A stretch of 64,000 bases of DNA. Origin: the human T2T-CHM13v2.0 reference genome, Homo sapiens. The stretch lies in assembly GCF_009914755.1 (NCBI RefSeq), contig NC_060936.1; one strand, 5' to 3'. Positions within the stretch are counted from its first letter, which is position 1. Each line of letters begins with the position of its first letter. Below are positions 45,411 to 58,970 of the stretch, piece after piece. The translations under genes and the position numbers were made by a program. The notes under the pieces are model-generated. The model made no database searches. It worked only from the letters and a program-made list of their open reading frames with translations, and was not told the DNA's origin.

Positions 45411-47250
45411 AAAACTATTTTTTAAATCCTATTTTATAGATGGAAAAACTGAGGTCCAGGAAAGATTAAGCAACACGCCCACAGCTAGTGTGCAGTGGAG
45501 GAGGGGTTCAAATCTATGAAGTCTAGTTCCAGCTCTTGCTCTTAATTAACCCTTAGGTCACACTGATCTATGCACAGGGTGGTGAATAGATTCTCATGGG
45601 ATCTGACAGCTGGGCAGTAGAGCCTCAGGAGAATAGACAAGCTCTGGTCATCTACCAGTTGGCTTGGTACCATCTTTAGAACAGGGAAAGGAGTCTGCCT
45701 TCATTCCATCACGGGCTCACTTCTGGCCTCATAGAGGCTTAGTTTCCTTAACTGAAAAATAGAGATAATTATAGTGCCTACCTCAGAGGGTTCGTGTGAA
45801 GAGGCAACGTGATTATGTATGGAATGCGTCATCTAGATACACTCTCGGGTCCCTGAGCCTCAGACCCATGCTGTACCCACTCTTATGGAATACAGAATGG
45901 TGGCTGGGAGCAGGATGAGATCTTGGGTGCCTCACTTAGCTTTTTGGTGCCTCAGTTTCCTCAAGTGCAAAATAGAAGTGTGGGATTTAAAGTCAGACAG
46001 ACCTAAGTTCAAATCTTGGATCTACTACTCACTTGATAGATGGCCTTGAGCAAGCCAGAGCTACTCCCTAAGCCTTAGTTTTTCCATCTGACAAGGGGGA
46101 TAACTACAGCCCCTGCTTTCTTAGGCAGGTGTGTGGATTCTGTGGAGGAAATTTGTGTAGAGGACCTAGCAGATAACTGGCCCATAGAAAGTGGTTGGTA
46201 AATGTGCACCTGGGATTCTTGTTTAGGTTTTAGGAAATAGCGTGTTTTATTTAAAAGGCAAAAATAGCAAGTAGAAACACTATTTGGTCTATACATATGG
46301 AAGGGATCTTCCTGGAAGGAAACAGTTGTCCTCTCATTCTACAGATAGGCAACTGAACCTCAGAAATGAGTGAGAGGCTCTTGATAGGAAGCAGCTGTGG
46401 GCTGCAGAGTTTTGTCTCCTGTTCAGTCTTCAGAATATTCCCTTAAGAGTGGATGTGCTACCTTCTGTGAGCAATTAAGGAAGTGATTTTGGAAGCACTT
46501 CCGCTGATTAAAATGAAAACACTTTGTTTCTGTGGCAGCATTGAACAAACTCCCCCCAGCCACCACCCACCCCCCAAATAAAAGGACCCAGTGCATTTTG
46601 GGTTGGTGGCCATCGCAGCTGCACCTGAGGTGCAGCTGTACACCTGAGGTGTTTGAACATCAAAGCAGGGATCATCCCCTCCTCTCTATACAATGGGGAC
46701 AAAATTGCTTTCTTCTGACTGAGACATAATTGCGTCAGAATCTCAGTAGGGACAAGGGAGGACAAAATGCTGAAAGTCATTCTGTACCTCTGCAAAGTTA
46801 TTTACTCTAAAAGCATTGAGCAGAGCAGCTTTGCTTTCTTTGGGTTTTGATTAACTTTTCTTTTTTGGTCTACCACGTATTGAGTGCTTACTGCGTGAGT
46901 GACTCTGTATGAAGCTCTTTATCTATTGTAAGGGAGTGTTTCCCTGGCGTGTCTCCCATTTGACTCACTCCAGATTAATCACTTCTCCAATTAAGTCTAA
47001 CTCCAAAGAAACACAATGCTGGACAAAGAAGTTTTAGCATGAGATACATTTATATATCCATCCATCCATCAGTCCATCCATTCATCCATCCATCCATCCA
47101 TCCTGTGAGAAAAGTATTGTTATTTCCATTTATAGATCAGGAACCCAAAGCTCAGAGAGGTTGTGATGTGTCTAAGATCAAACAATGAGAAGCAGTGCTG
47201 GCTTTTGCTATATGCAAAATGGGAGCTCATTCCTCTCCCACGGTCTATGG

Positions 47251-47531
47251 CAGAGGTCAGCAGGCATTTCTTGGAAGGGGCCAGTTAGCAATTATTTTAG
47301 GTTTTGCAAACTATATGGTTTCTCTCTCAATTGCTGAATGCTATATGGTTTCTCTCTCAACTGCTGAACTCTGAGTGAGTTCAGTACCAAAGCATTGTGG
47401 CAGGGAAGCAGCCATAGACAATATATAACTGAATGGGTGTGGCTGTATTCCAATAAAACTTTGCTTACAAAAAAAAAAAAAACAGGTAGCAGGCCAGATT
47501 TGACCCATGGGTCATAGTTGGCCAACTCCTG
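47251..47531. mobile_element. MER58-type MITE with an internal 30-bp tandem duplication
   Basis: cagaggtcagca...tggccaactcctg; duplication at 47311-47368. Confidence 0.85.
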
Positions 47532-47761
47532 CTTTACAGTCCTGTTAATCATGGTGGCCCATTCTTCCCAAACCCCTAGTTATAGGGGTGGGTGCATGAC
47601 CAGGCTGGGGCAATCAGAGGAGACTTCTCTGGGATTGAAAAATTTGTGGTGAAGAAGTATCCTTTCCACTGGGTTTCTAAGCTAGAAGAATATGAACATG
47701 GAGCTGGAGGTGGCTATCATGTAGAGTGAAGCCAAGCAGAGATGAGGATGGCTAAGTGATT

Positions 47762-47763
<2 letters not shown>

Positions 47764-47802
<39 letters not shown>

Positions 47803-47832
47803 GAGAGAGAGAGAGCGAGAGAGAGAGAGAGA
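47764..47832. repeat. Compound (TG)n(GA)n microsatellite
   Basis: Direct reading. Confidence 0.95.
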
Positions 47833-47923
47833 AAGATTAATTAAGCTTCTGGATTAAACCAAGCCTGATCTGAGTGAAACATATACCCTTAGATTCTACA
47901 ATAATGTGAGCCCATAAATTCTT

Positions 47924-48365
47924 TGTTTTAGTGGTGGGGACAGGATCTCACTTTGTTGCCCAGGTTGGAGTACAGTGGAGCAATCTTGGCTCACTGCAGC
48001 CTTGAACTTCTGGGCTTAAGCGATCCTCCCACCTCAGTCTCCTGAGTAGCTGGCACTACAGGTGTGTGTTACCATGCCTGACTAATTTATATATATGTAT
48101 TTTGTAAAGATGGGTTTTTGCCATGTTGCCCAGGATGGTCTTGAACTCCTGGACTCAAGCAATCCTCCCACCATGGCCTCCCCTTAGCTGTGACCATAGA
48201 CATGCACCACCATGCCCAGCTAATTTACTTATTATTATTATTTTTTATAGAGACAGCGTCTCACTATGTTGTTCTGGCTGATCTTGAACTCCTGGGCTCA
48301 AGTGATTTTCCTGCCTTGGCCTACCAAAGTGCTGGGATTACAGGCATGAGCCACTGTGCCTGGCC
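47924..48365 (-). mobile_element. Three-armed AluJ inside one TSD pair
   Basis: TSD cccataaattctt at 47911-47923 and 48365-48377; two middle A/T linkers. Confidence 0.85.
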
Positions 48366-49599
48366 CCATAAATTCTTATTTATTCATTTATTTGCTAAAA
48401 TGGGTTTGAATTGGGTTTCTGTCATTCAAAATCAGGAGTCCAGACCAATACACCCCCAGCATGTTGGCCTCATTGTCTCCTGCTACTGTCTCACTTTTTC
48501 CATGTGATGAAAAATGCTCACCCCAAAGCTACAGAATCACATCTTTCCAGCATATAAACCAAGAGAAAGAGGTAGTCTTCCTCACTAGTTTTACTAGAAC
48601 ATCCCAAAGAAGACCACTGTCCATTCCTAAAAGCTCACTTTGTTCAGAAGGATGGCAGACTCTGATTGACTAATTGGCTGGGTCTGGGTCAAAGGCCTAC
48701 TCCATGGTTGGGAGTGGGATGGGGAAAGAAGTGTGGGGGGCATGTTCTGAGAAGCTCAAGCCAGCAGTTGCCAAGGGGAATAGTTTTTGAGCTGAGTCTT
48801 GAAGAATATGTAGGTAAAAGGTCAAAATATTTCAGGACAAGGGAAGAACGTGTGCAAAACCTTAGAGAGGGGTACAAGCGAAATGCTGGGAGTTCATATG
48901 GCTTAAGCATGGAGTACATGTGGAGTGGTTGGAGGCAAGAAAGGGTGAAGGTCAGACCAGGAAGGAAGAAGGCAGAGGACTTTATGAGCCATGATGAGGA
49001 GTTAGGATTATGTCATGAAGGCAATGGGGATATATTTGGGGGATTTAAGCAGGAGGTAAACAATCAGGTTCTCTCTCCAGAAAGTAGTTTTTGGTCGAAG
49101 GTTGGAGAATGGGCAGAACTGGATGGCAGGGAGACCAGTAAGGAATATTTGTAGTTATCCAGGCAGGTGGAAGTAAATGTGGGGTGTGAAACATATCTTC
49201 TGGATGTAATAGTTGAAAACAAATCTCCTATATATAGTTTACTAGAAGCCTGGAAGAGGTAAATGGGAAGTGCTGCTGGATTGGCCCCCTGGGGGTTTTG
49301 GTTCCAGTGAATTGTCCTTGTCTTCATTATAAGGGAAAGAGAGAGAGGGGCTGAAACCTAGGGTTGTGGAGGGCAACTTCAAGTTTTGAATGGAAGGTAG
49401 CAAGAGAGGTCATCCGCTGGTAACTGTAGATGATTTTTGTGCTTTGTGTCACATCCCCTCTGCGCAACCTGATTTCAGCACTGAGAGGATGGACAGCACC
49501 ACGACCCCGTGTCTTCTATGGACAGCGCACCCACTGCACGGCCTCTATGTTTTTCTGTTTCAGAGATCTCTTCTATATCACAGAAGGCTCCTCAGTCTG

Positions 49600-49938
49600 T
49601 GGCTGGAAGAGCTGGGGACTTAACACTCTCAGAAGTCTCTCTCGTTCCATGGCGGGGGTGGGGGGGATAAGAATTTGTGGATAAATACCCCAGGTTGTCC
49701 TTCAGAGGGACATTGTGAGGCACATTACACATGGTCCATTTGAGGCTCCCCAGCAAGGTTAAGTCATAGTTGCCCACAGAGGTAACCAGCTCACTAACAC
49801 ATCTTTAACGGATTTTCTTCCCTTTTCATCTCACTTTCCTACTGCCTCATCCCTGTACCGAGGATCACCTCCCAAATAAACGATCTGTACCCCAGTCCAT
49901 ATCACAGGCTTTGCTTTTGAGGGAGTCCAGACCAAGAT
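49600..49938 (+). mobile_element. LTR16-like ERVL LTR remnant
   Basis: 'ggatcacctcccaaataaac...ggctttgcttttgagggagtccagaccaaga'. Confidence 0.65.
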
Positions 49939-50109
49939 GGCCTCCAACTTGGACTCCAGGAACAAATGCCTCTGCTCATGTGAAACAGAGCTATGACTTT
50001 GTAGGACCTGTAAACACAGGGAATGTCAGCAACAAAAGGGGACTTAGAAACAATCCAACCCTATCTCATTATTGAACTTAGTGTGTCAGAAGGGCCATAT
50101 TGTCCTACT

Positions 50110-50345
50110 GACTTTCAGGACTCAGACTATCCAAGCTTGAATCCTGGCTGTTCTATTTACTAGAAATCGACTAATCACTTAACCTTCTTATGCCTCAGTT
50201 TCCTCATCTGTAAAGTAGGGATAATAATTGTCCTTATCTTAGAGGTTAAATTTTGTGAAGATTAAATAAGTAAACCTAGGTAAAGGGCTGAGAACAGTGC
50301 CTGGCACAAGGTCAGGTATTCTATATGTTTTAATTGTTGTTATTA
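50110..50345 (+). mobile_element. MIR
   Basis: 'cacttaaccttcttatgcctcagtttcctcatctgtaaagtagggataataat'. Confidence 0.88.
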
Positions 50346-52369
50346 TTTAATTTCTGTTGTTTGTTTGAATTTGAATGTTTGCTTGATTTGGGCTATTATC
50401 AGGCTTTCCTCAAATTTCTTTTATCCTTTCTTCCCCAATCTCAGGCTCTCCTGTCAGAGTTTTGGTCTATCTCCTTCATTGCATAAGGAGATTAGACTTA
50501 TTTTAGGAATATCAGTTGTGAATTCATTTGATAAAAAGGAAGGATTGTCTTGTGATGTGAGTGACCTCCCATAACTGTTTCATAAACTCAGATTTTAGAA
50601 ACATCAGATTTCCTGAAAGTTACTTTGCCACTGCAAAGCCTTCCTGAGCCATGTACAGCCTTTGAGGCAGGCACAGTTATTTCAAAGGCACAAAGCCACT
50701 GGTTGGTCAGGTGAATCTAAGTGAACTTAGGGTGAAAAGCATGAAGTTCAAGACTAGCAGGCCAGCTCCCTTGCTACTTACTCGACACATGCATTGATGT
50801 ATCAGACAACTCCAACTGCTTGCCTTTACCTGAGTTGGGAGTCAGGTTCTGCAGATTCAGCTGTGGCTGCAGCCACAATGTAGGTCACTGACAGGAAATT
50901 ATCTTGCTGCTGTTTCAGACAGAAATGGAACTTAATAGCTTATGTCTTTTTTCCTCTGCTGTGTGGTGCCAGGGGCATTTTAGTCGTTCAGGGAAGGTAG
51001 GGGATATGTCTAAAAGCCTTGCCTTTTAGGGTCCTATTTCATCCATCAGATGTGACTACATTCTGGATTTTCTTCCCTGGCCAGTCTTTGGTCCTCATTG
51101 CCATCAATTCTCCTTGCTTTGGAACCAGCCTGTGCCTCCCAGCTCTGACACTTACAGCTGCTGTGGGCTTCACCTGAAACTTCTCATGTTTAACTGCTAC
51201 AATCCAGCTGAGCAGTTGATGATGTGAAAATAGGACTGCTTTAGTTCCCCCCTTCACACTTGGAACCTGGGGAAATAAGCGGCAGGAAGACTTTTTTTGT
51301 CAGCTGCAAGTTTTTTTCTGGTCAAAGCAAACTGAATTAAAAAGCAGTGGTTGAAGTGGCAAAGATGCATGAATCAGAGAGCTTGGTGGGGAAGAGATGT
51401 CTGCACTTGTGAAGTAGGTTCTTAGAGGTAAAATGGGGAAAGGGAAGGGTCTCTCAGTGCTACTCCCAGCACATCTACTTTGCTCCAAAGCAAAAGTCCT
51501 GAGAAACTGGGTAAACCACATTTCTGGAGCCCAACTCTTAATGTCATTGTTACCATATGTTCAAATGGGTTTTATTTTCATCATGACTGATTTCCAGTCA
51601 GCAAGGACTTAGCTTTAATTCATTCTCCATCACCATTTAGAATCACTGATCTGATCCTGTGTACCTACAACATCTCAATGGCTTCCAAGGCTCTTAAAAT
51701 AAAGACCTGAATCCTCACCATGGGGACCTTACTTCACCTCTGCAGCCTCATCTCAAGCCACTCTCTGGTTCTCTGCTCCAGCCACAAAGGCTTTTTCCAA
51801 GTTCCTTAAAAGCAGAGTGCCTCACCTCTTCTGCTGCAGGACCTGTGTGCATGTTATTTTTCTCTGCTTTATCTCTCTTCCTTTCTAGGTAATCTCATTC
51901 AGTCTTAAGGTTTTAAATGCTATGGATGTGCAGACAACTCCCAGATACATATCTCTAGCCCCAACTTCTACCCTGTGGTGCCAAATGGTATATATACCTA
52001 GGAATTATATATATACTCACATCTTCACTTAAATGTTCATTAGGAAGCTCAAATAATATGTCAAAAGTTGCCTTTAATTCTTCCTCCCACCCTGGACCCT
52101 TTTTTCTCCAAGTGTTCATCTTGGCAAATGGTATGACTCTCCACCTAATTGCTCAGGCAGAAAATGCAGGAGTAATTTGTGATTTTTTTTTCTATATAAG
52201 TCAGGGTCCCAATGGGAAATATGGCACACTGAAATCAGGATAATTTAAGGACAAGTTATATATAAAGGGACTGATTAAAAAGATGTGAATGAAGAGAACA
52301 CCTAGGGACAGTGCAGGGACCCAGGGCTAGAAGCAAAAGAGCTATCACCATTCATGGGCAGAGATGAAT

Positions 52370-52370
<1 letters not shown>

Positions 52371-52418
<48 letters not shown>
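52371..52418. repeat. (AG)n microsatellite, about 23 units
   Basis: Direct reading. Confidence 0.97.
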
Positions 52419-52421
<3 letters not shown>

Positions 52422-53115
52422 TACTGGAACACAGAAGGAGAGAATTGTTTAGAGCAGGCCACCTTGGAGGATCACTGAAGTCAGGAGACACAGCCATCCT
52501 GAGGCAACTTTGCAAAGAAAGAGTTGGGGACAAATATCTTGACCTCATTCTCCTGCTTCATCTGATCTCTTGCTCCCCATTGGAACAGTGGATGGCCTGA
52601 GAAGGAACTAATAAAATGTTGAATGAATGGATGGCAAGTTCTCCCCTTCTGTTTTGACCTAGTTAAGCCCACTATGTTCTTCAGACTTCAGATCAAATGT
52701 CTCTTCCTCCAGGAAGTCTTCTCTGACTTCCCTAGACAAGATCACCCCCATGTTATACACTTCCATGGCTTCATTCATAGCCCCACTGCATATTGTAATT
52801 ATACATTCGTGTGATTATTTAATTGATCTATCTCTTCATGGCCAAGCTGTAAGATCCATGGTGGCAGGGATCATATTTATCTTACTCACCATTCATCCCC
52901 TGCACCCAGCACAATGCCTGTCCTACAGGTGGCCCCCCAAAATGTTTATGAAATAAATAAATCAAATTTCTTTAAGATTGTTCATCTTGAACAGGTAGAT
53001 AATGATCTATAAAGAGCTCTTAGAGCGACCAGTGATGCTTTGGGAAAAGTCAGCAACCTTCCAATTTTTCTCTGTAAACTGAGTTTCCCTCTGGTTCATT
53101 TTAAAAAGTAAATGG

Positions 53116-53527
53116 CATCAATGATAAACTGGGTAAATAAAATGTGGCACATATACACCATGGAATAGCATGCAGCCTTAAAAAAATGAGTTCATGTCCT
53201 TTGCAGGGACATGGATGAAGCTGGAAGCCATCATTCTCAGCAAACTAACACAGGAACAGAAAACCAAACACCACATGTTCTCACTCATAAGAGGGAGTTG
53301 AACAATGAGAACACATGGACACAGGGAGGGGAACATCAAACACCAGGCCTGTCGGGTGGTGGGGGCAAGGGGAGGGAGAGAATTAGGACAAATACCTAAT
53401 GCACATGGGGCTTAAAACCTAGATGATGGGTTAATAGGTGCAACAAACCACCATGGCACATGTATACCTATGTAACAAACCTACATGTTCAGCATATGTA
53501 TTCCAGACTTAAAGTTAAAAAAAAAAA
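53116..53527 (+). mobile_element. 5'-truncated L1PA (about PA7-8) 3' end
   Basis: L1PA 3' end; TSD aaaaagtaaRtgg. Confidence 0.9.
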
Positions 53528-54775
53528 GTAAGTGGACAGAGAATGAATTAGCAGTGCAGCATCCTCAATGCTGCCCTGATTCGACATCCTCAGAACTCCT
53601 CATGGCTTTTATTTTTTGGGTTCAGAATAGAATACCAACATGGATTTACATGCAGACATTTGTCTCCCCTACAGCTTCATGAGCAATGAAAATGAATAAG
53701 ACTCCTTCTCTTTCTTCTATTTCAATTCCCATCTAAATCCACCAGACAGCAATACATCAATGATAACCAGAGTTGCTGGGTAAGGTTGTGTAGGTTGCTC
53801 ACTGCTCAAGAGTAAGAGGTCATTGGGAATGAAGTCCAGCCCAAACTCCGTTTACCACAGGAGGCAGGGCTGGAGGAAGAGCTCCTTTTCTTAATTTGCA
53901 CAAAGGGCCGTATGAACTAGCAGTGGTCCTGAAAATGACAATTAGGAGTAAAGGTGGCTTGTGATAGATACCTCAATTATCCTAATTTGATCATTCCATG
54001 TTGTAAACTTGTATCAAAACATCACATATACTCCATAAATATATACAATGATCATGTGCCCATAATAATTAGTTTAAAAATAATAAAGCTGACTTGAGTT
54101 CAAAGAAATGTTGGCCAAAAAGCCTGATCAATACACTGTCATCTGCTCATTGTGGCCATGAATGCTTAAAAGTTTCCCCATGATTGTTTTATTTAATTAC
54201 AAAGATAATACACATTTTCATAAATTAACCCACATCGCAAGGAAATAGAGTAAAAAGTGAAAGAATTCTCTCACCCTCTCACAATCCACAAAGCCAATCA
54301 CTATTAGGAGTTTTCTTGGCCTACTTTCAGATTTTTAAAATGTTTTTATAAACATATTTTCTAGAGCATACACACATGTGATCAACATTCATGATTTACA
54401 TAAATGAGATCATACTGTGTAGATTGTTCAGCTACTTGTTTTCTTTGCTAATATATCTTGTACGTTTTTCTTGTAGCACTTAAGGGTCTACTCATTCTTT
54501 CTTTTTTGTGGCCATAATATTCTATTGTATGGCTATAGCATAATTTTTTTCAAATGTGTTAATGAAAATGACTACAACAGCAATTGATACTTCCTCTTTG
54601 CTGGATATTATAGCATAATTTATTTAATCAGTCTCCAATTGATGGATATGTGGATTTTTCCCAATGTTTTGTTACTATAAACAATGTTATAGTGTCCATG
54701 TTTGATATATATTTTTCAGTACATGCACAACTATTTCTGTAGAATTTATTTTCAGAAATAGTATTGATGGATTAA

Positions 54776-55150
<375 letters not shown>

Positions 55151-55195
55151 TGAATAGCACACAAAATAAGAGGGTATATATATTAGTTAACTATT

Positions 55196-55696
55196 ACTAG
55201 TTAGCTATTACTATGTAGCAGACCACCCAAAGTCTTAAGACAACAACCATTTATTTAGTTCATGATTTTGTGAGTTACAGATTTAAGCTGGATTGAACAA
55301 TGGGTTGTCCTTTAGGTCTGGGCTGGGCTTACCTGGTCTTGGCTGGGTCTCATCTGTCTTAGTCAGCTGGGGGCTAGGTGATATAGGATGATTTTGGCTG
55401 GGATGAGTTATATCTGCTTCACGCAGTGTTTACCATCTATTTCAAGCTTGTTCTCAGTGACAGTTCTCAAGAGAGAACAAAAGCACACAAAGTCTCTTGA
55501 GGCACAGGTTTGGGGTTGCACACCATCACTTTCATGACACTTCAGTGGCCAAAACAAGACACGAGGCCAGCCCAGATTTAAGGGGTGGGAAAACAAACCT
55601 CACCTGTTGATGTGAGGATCTGCAAAATCGTGTTGCAAAGGGCGTGCATATAGGGAGAACATTAACTAGGACCATGAATGCAATTAATCAACCACA
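55196..55696 (-). mobile_element. MLT1 (E/F/G-like) MaLR LTR
   Basis: 'agttagctattactatgtagcagaccaccc...acaacaaccatttatttag...ggccagcccagatt'. Confidence 0.8.
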
Positions 55697-56507
55697 GGGG
55701 GGAGATGCCCAAGTTTAGTTGTTAAAAAAAAAAATCTTGACATTAAGATATTGTTCAGATTTCTGAGCCACCAGCCATGAGCCATTTACTTTAATGATTA
55801 GATTTAAAAGGTAGTGGGTGATTGTGTCTGACTTTGAAAAATGAACATGAAAGCACTTGGCAGGGGCCAGTTCCTACTCTGGCCTCTTCATATTAATTAG
55901 ATACAGATTTGGCTGTTATCAGGAGACCCAAAATGAGATAAAAGATTATTTCTTTCTCAGTGAGAGTCTTGGAAAGCAGTCCAGGATTAGCGTGGTAATT
56001 TCCCAATCACCAGGATTCCAGGCACCTTCTACTTGGTTGCTTTGCCATCCTCAGCTCGTGGCTATCATTTCATGGTCTAAAATGGCTATTCCAGTTCCTG
56101 CCATCACATCTACATTCCAGTAAGAAAGAAGGAAGGGGAAATGGAGGCATACCTCTTCCCTTTAAAATAACTGCCCCAGAAATTGCACACATTACTTCTG
56201 TTCACATCTCATCAGTCAGAAATTCTCATGGCTACAGCTAGCTACAGCTAGTTCGGGTGGCTTTGTGCCCAGGTAAAATTCAAGGAATTTATTACTAAAG
56301 GAAGAAGGGAAGAATGGATATTGAGGGACAAGGCCTATGTTCCCTATTGTAATTTCCCCAGGCAGACCAGAGCTTTATGAATAATTGCCAGTCAATGAGC
56401 TAAAGACCAGACCTGCAGCATGGGAATTAGAGGCACTATTCAGCTTACAAATTACAGAGTAGCAGAGAGTACATGAGTAGCCTCTGGAGGCCAACAGACT
56501 GGGGCTT

Positions 56508-57136
56508 TGTATTAGTCAGCGTTCTCCAGAAAAACAGAACCAATAGGATCTATCTATCTATCTATCTACACACACACACACACACACACCCCAATAGGAT
56601 ATATATACACACACATACATACATATATATGTATGTATGTATGTCCAAAATGTAGTGGCTTAAGACAACAACTATTTATTTAGCTAATGATTTTTTGACT
56701 TGCCTAAAATTTAGTGACTTAAATATATATATATTTATATATATATATATGAGAGAGATTGAGATTGAGATTTTAATGAACTGGCTCATACAACTGTAGG
56801 GGTTGGCAAGTGTCAAATCTGCAGGGCAGGCAGACAGGCAGGTTGGAGATTCAGGCAAGAGTTGATGTGGCAGTCTTGAGTCTGAAAGCTGGAAACTCAG
56901 GCCACATTTCTACCTTGCAATCTGGAGGAAGAATTTCTTCTTCTTTGGGGGACCTCCATCTTCGCTCTTAAGGCCTTCAGCTGATTAGATGGGGCTCACC
57001 CACATTACAGAGGGTAATCAGCTTTACCCTAAGTCTTCTGATTTAATTGTTGATCACATCTAAAACAAATGGTTCCACAGCAACATCTAGACTGGTATTT
57101 GACCAAACAACTGGGCACCATGGCCTAGCCATCACA
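56508..57136 (-). mobile_element. MLT2 ERVL LTR with internal (CA/TA) microsatellites
   Basis: 'tgtattagtcagcgttctccagaaaaacagaaccaatagga...gaccaaacaactgggcaccatggcctagcc'. Confidence 0.88.
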
Positions 57137-58019
57137 GGCTTTGATACCAGTTTTGCTGGTGACTCACTGTGCAGTTCTCTGAGCTATGTCATTTCACAGG
57201 GTTATGGTGAGATGACGTGACACACCATGGAAAGGACTCAGCATAGCACTTGGCTCATGGCACACAGCTGCAGGTGCCTTGGTGCTCTCCCTATGGCCTC
57301 CTAGCACTCACCTCTGCACGCTGAAGGCTGTCCTCCCTGTGGGCTTCAGTCTGGTCCTGGGGGCATGCTCACTTGTCCTTAGGGTAAGGTGAAAGTGCCA
57401 CATAGTTAATGTCCCTGGAAGTAGCCGTCAGACAGATTACATCTCGGGCGACCAGCCCTCCTGTTGTGCCCAGGACTGTCCCATTTTAGGGCTGAAAGTC
57501 TCGCTTCCGAAGAGACCTTGCAGTCCTAGGCCTCCCAGCGCAGGTGCATGGTCTACTTTGGCTCCCAGAGTCCCTACGGTTGCCTGTGCATCAGGTCAGC
57601 CAGAAGTGTCAAGGCATCCAGACCCCAAGTCAGCCCTCAATACTGATGGGGAGTTAATAACCAACTTACCTTCCCCCTGCTTGTGATTTCTTTGAGGTAT
57701 GTCCTACACCAGGTCCTTGAGTTTCCCAGCAGGAGTTCACTGAAGGCACCCACAGCTCATTATGTCCACCATTTCCTGGCTTTCTTCCCTCTCTGTCTCA
57801 TTTCCCATCCTCTCCAGGTGCTTCCTGGAAACCCCTTCCAAATAAACACCTTGTATTCTTCTGGAAGAACCAATCTCGGGCAATAAAATTAAAGAATTAT
57901 TATCACCAAACACTTTGTTGTTCTCTCCTTTGAGCCTCAACTCACAGTAATGCTGTGAGGGAGGTGGGCCATGGATTATCATTCTTGTTAGGAGTATCAT
58001 CATTTCCCTTTTTACTTTA

Positions 58020-58970
<951 letters not shown>

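Noticed and set aside
48666-49154. 162-aa ORF
   Set aside because: Non-ATG start, overlaps decayed L2-like sequence, and has no recognisable domain.
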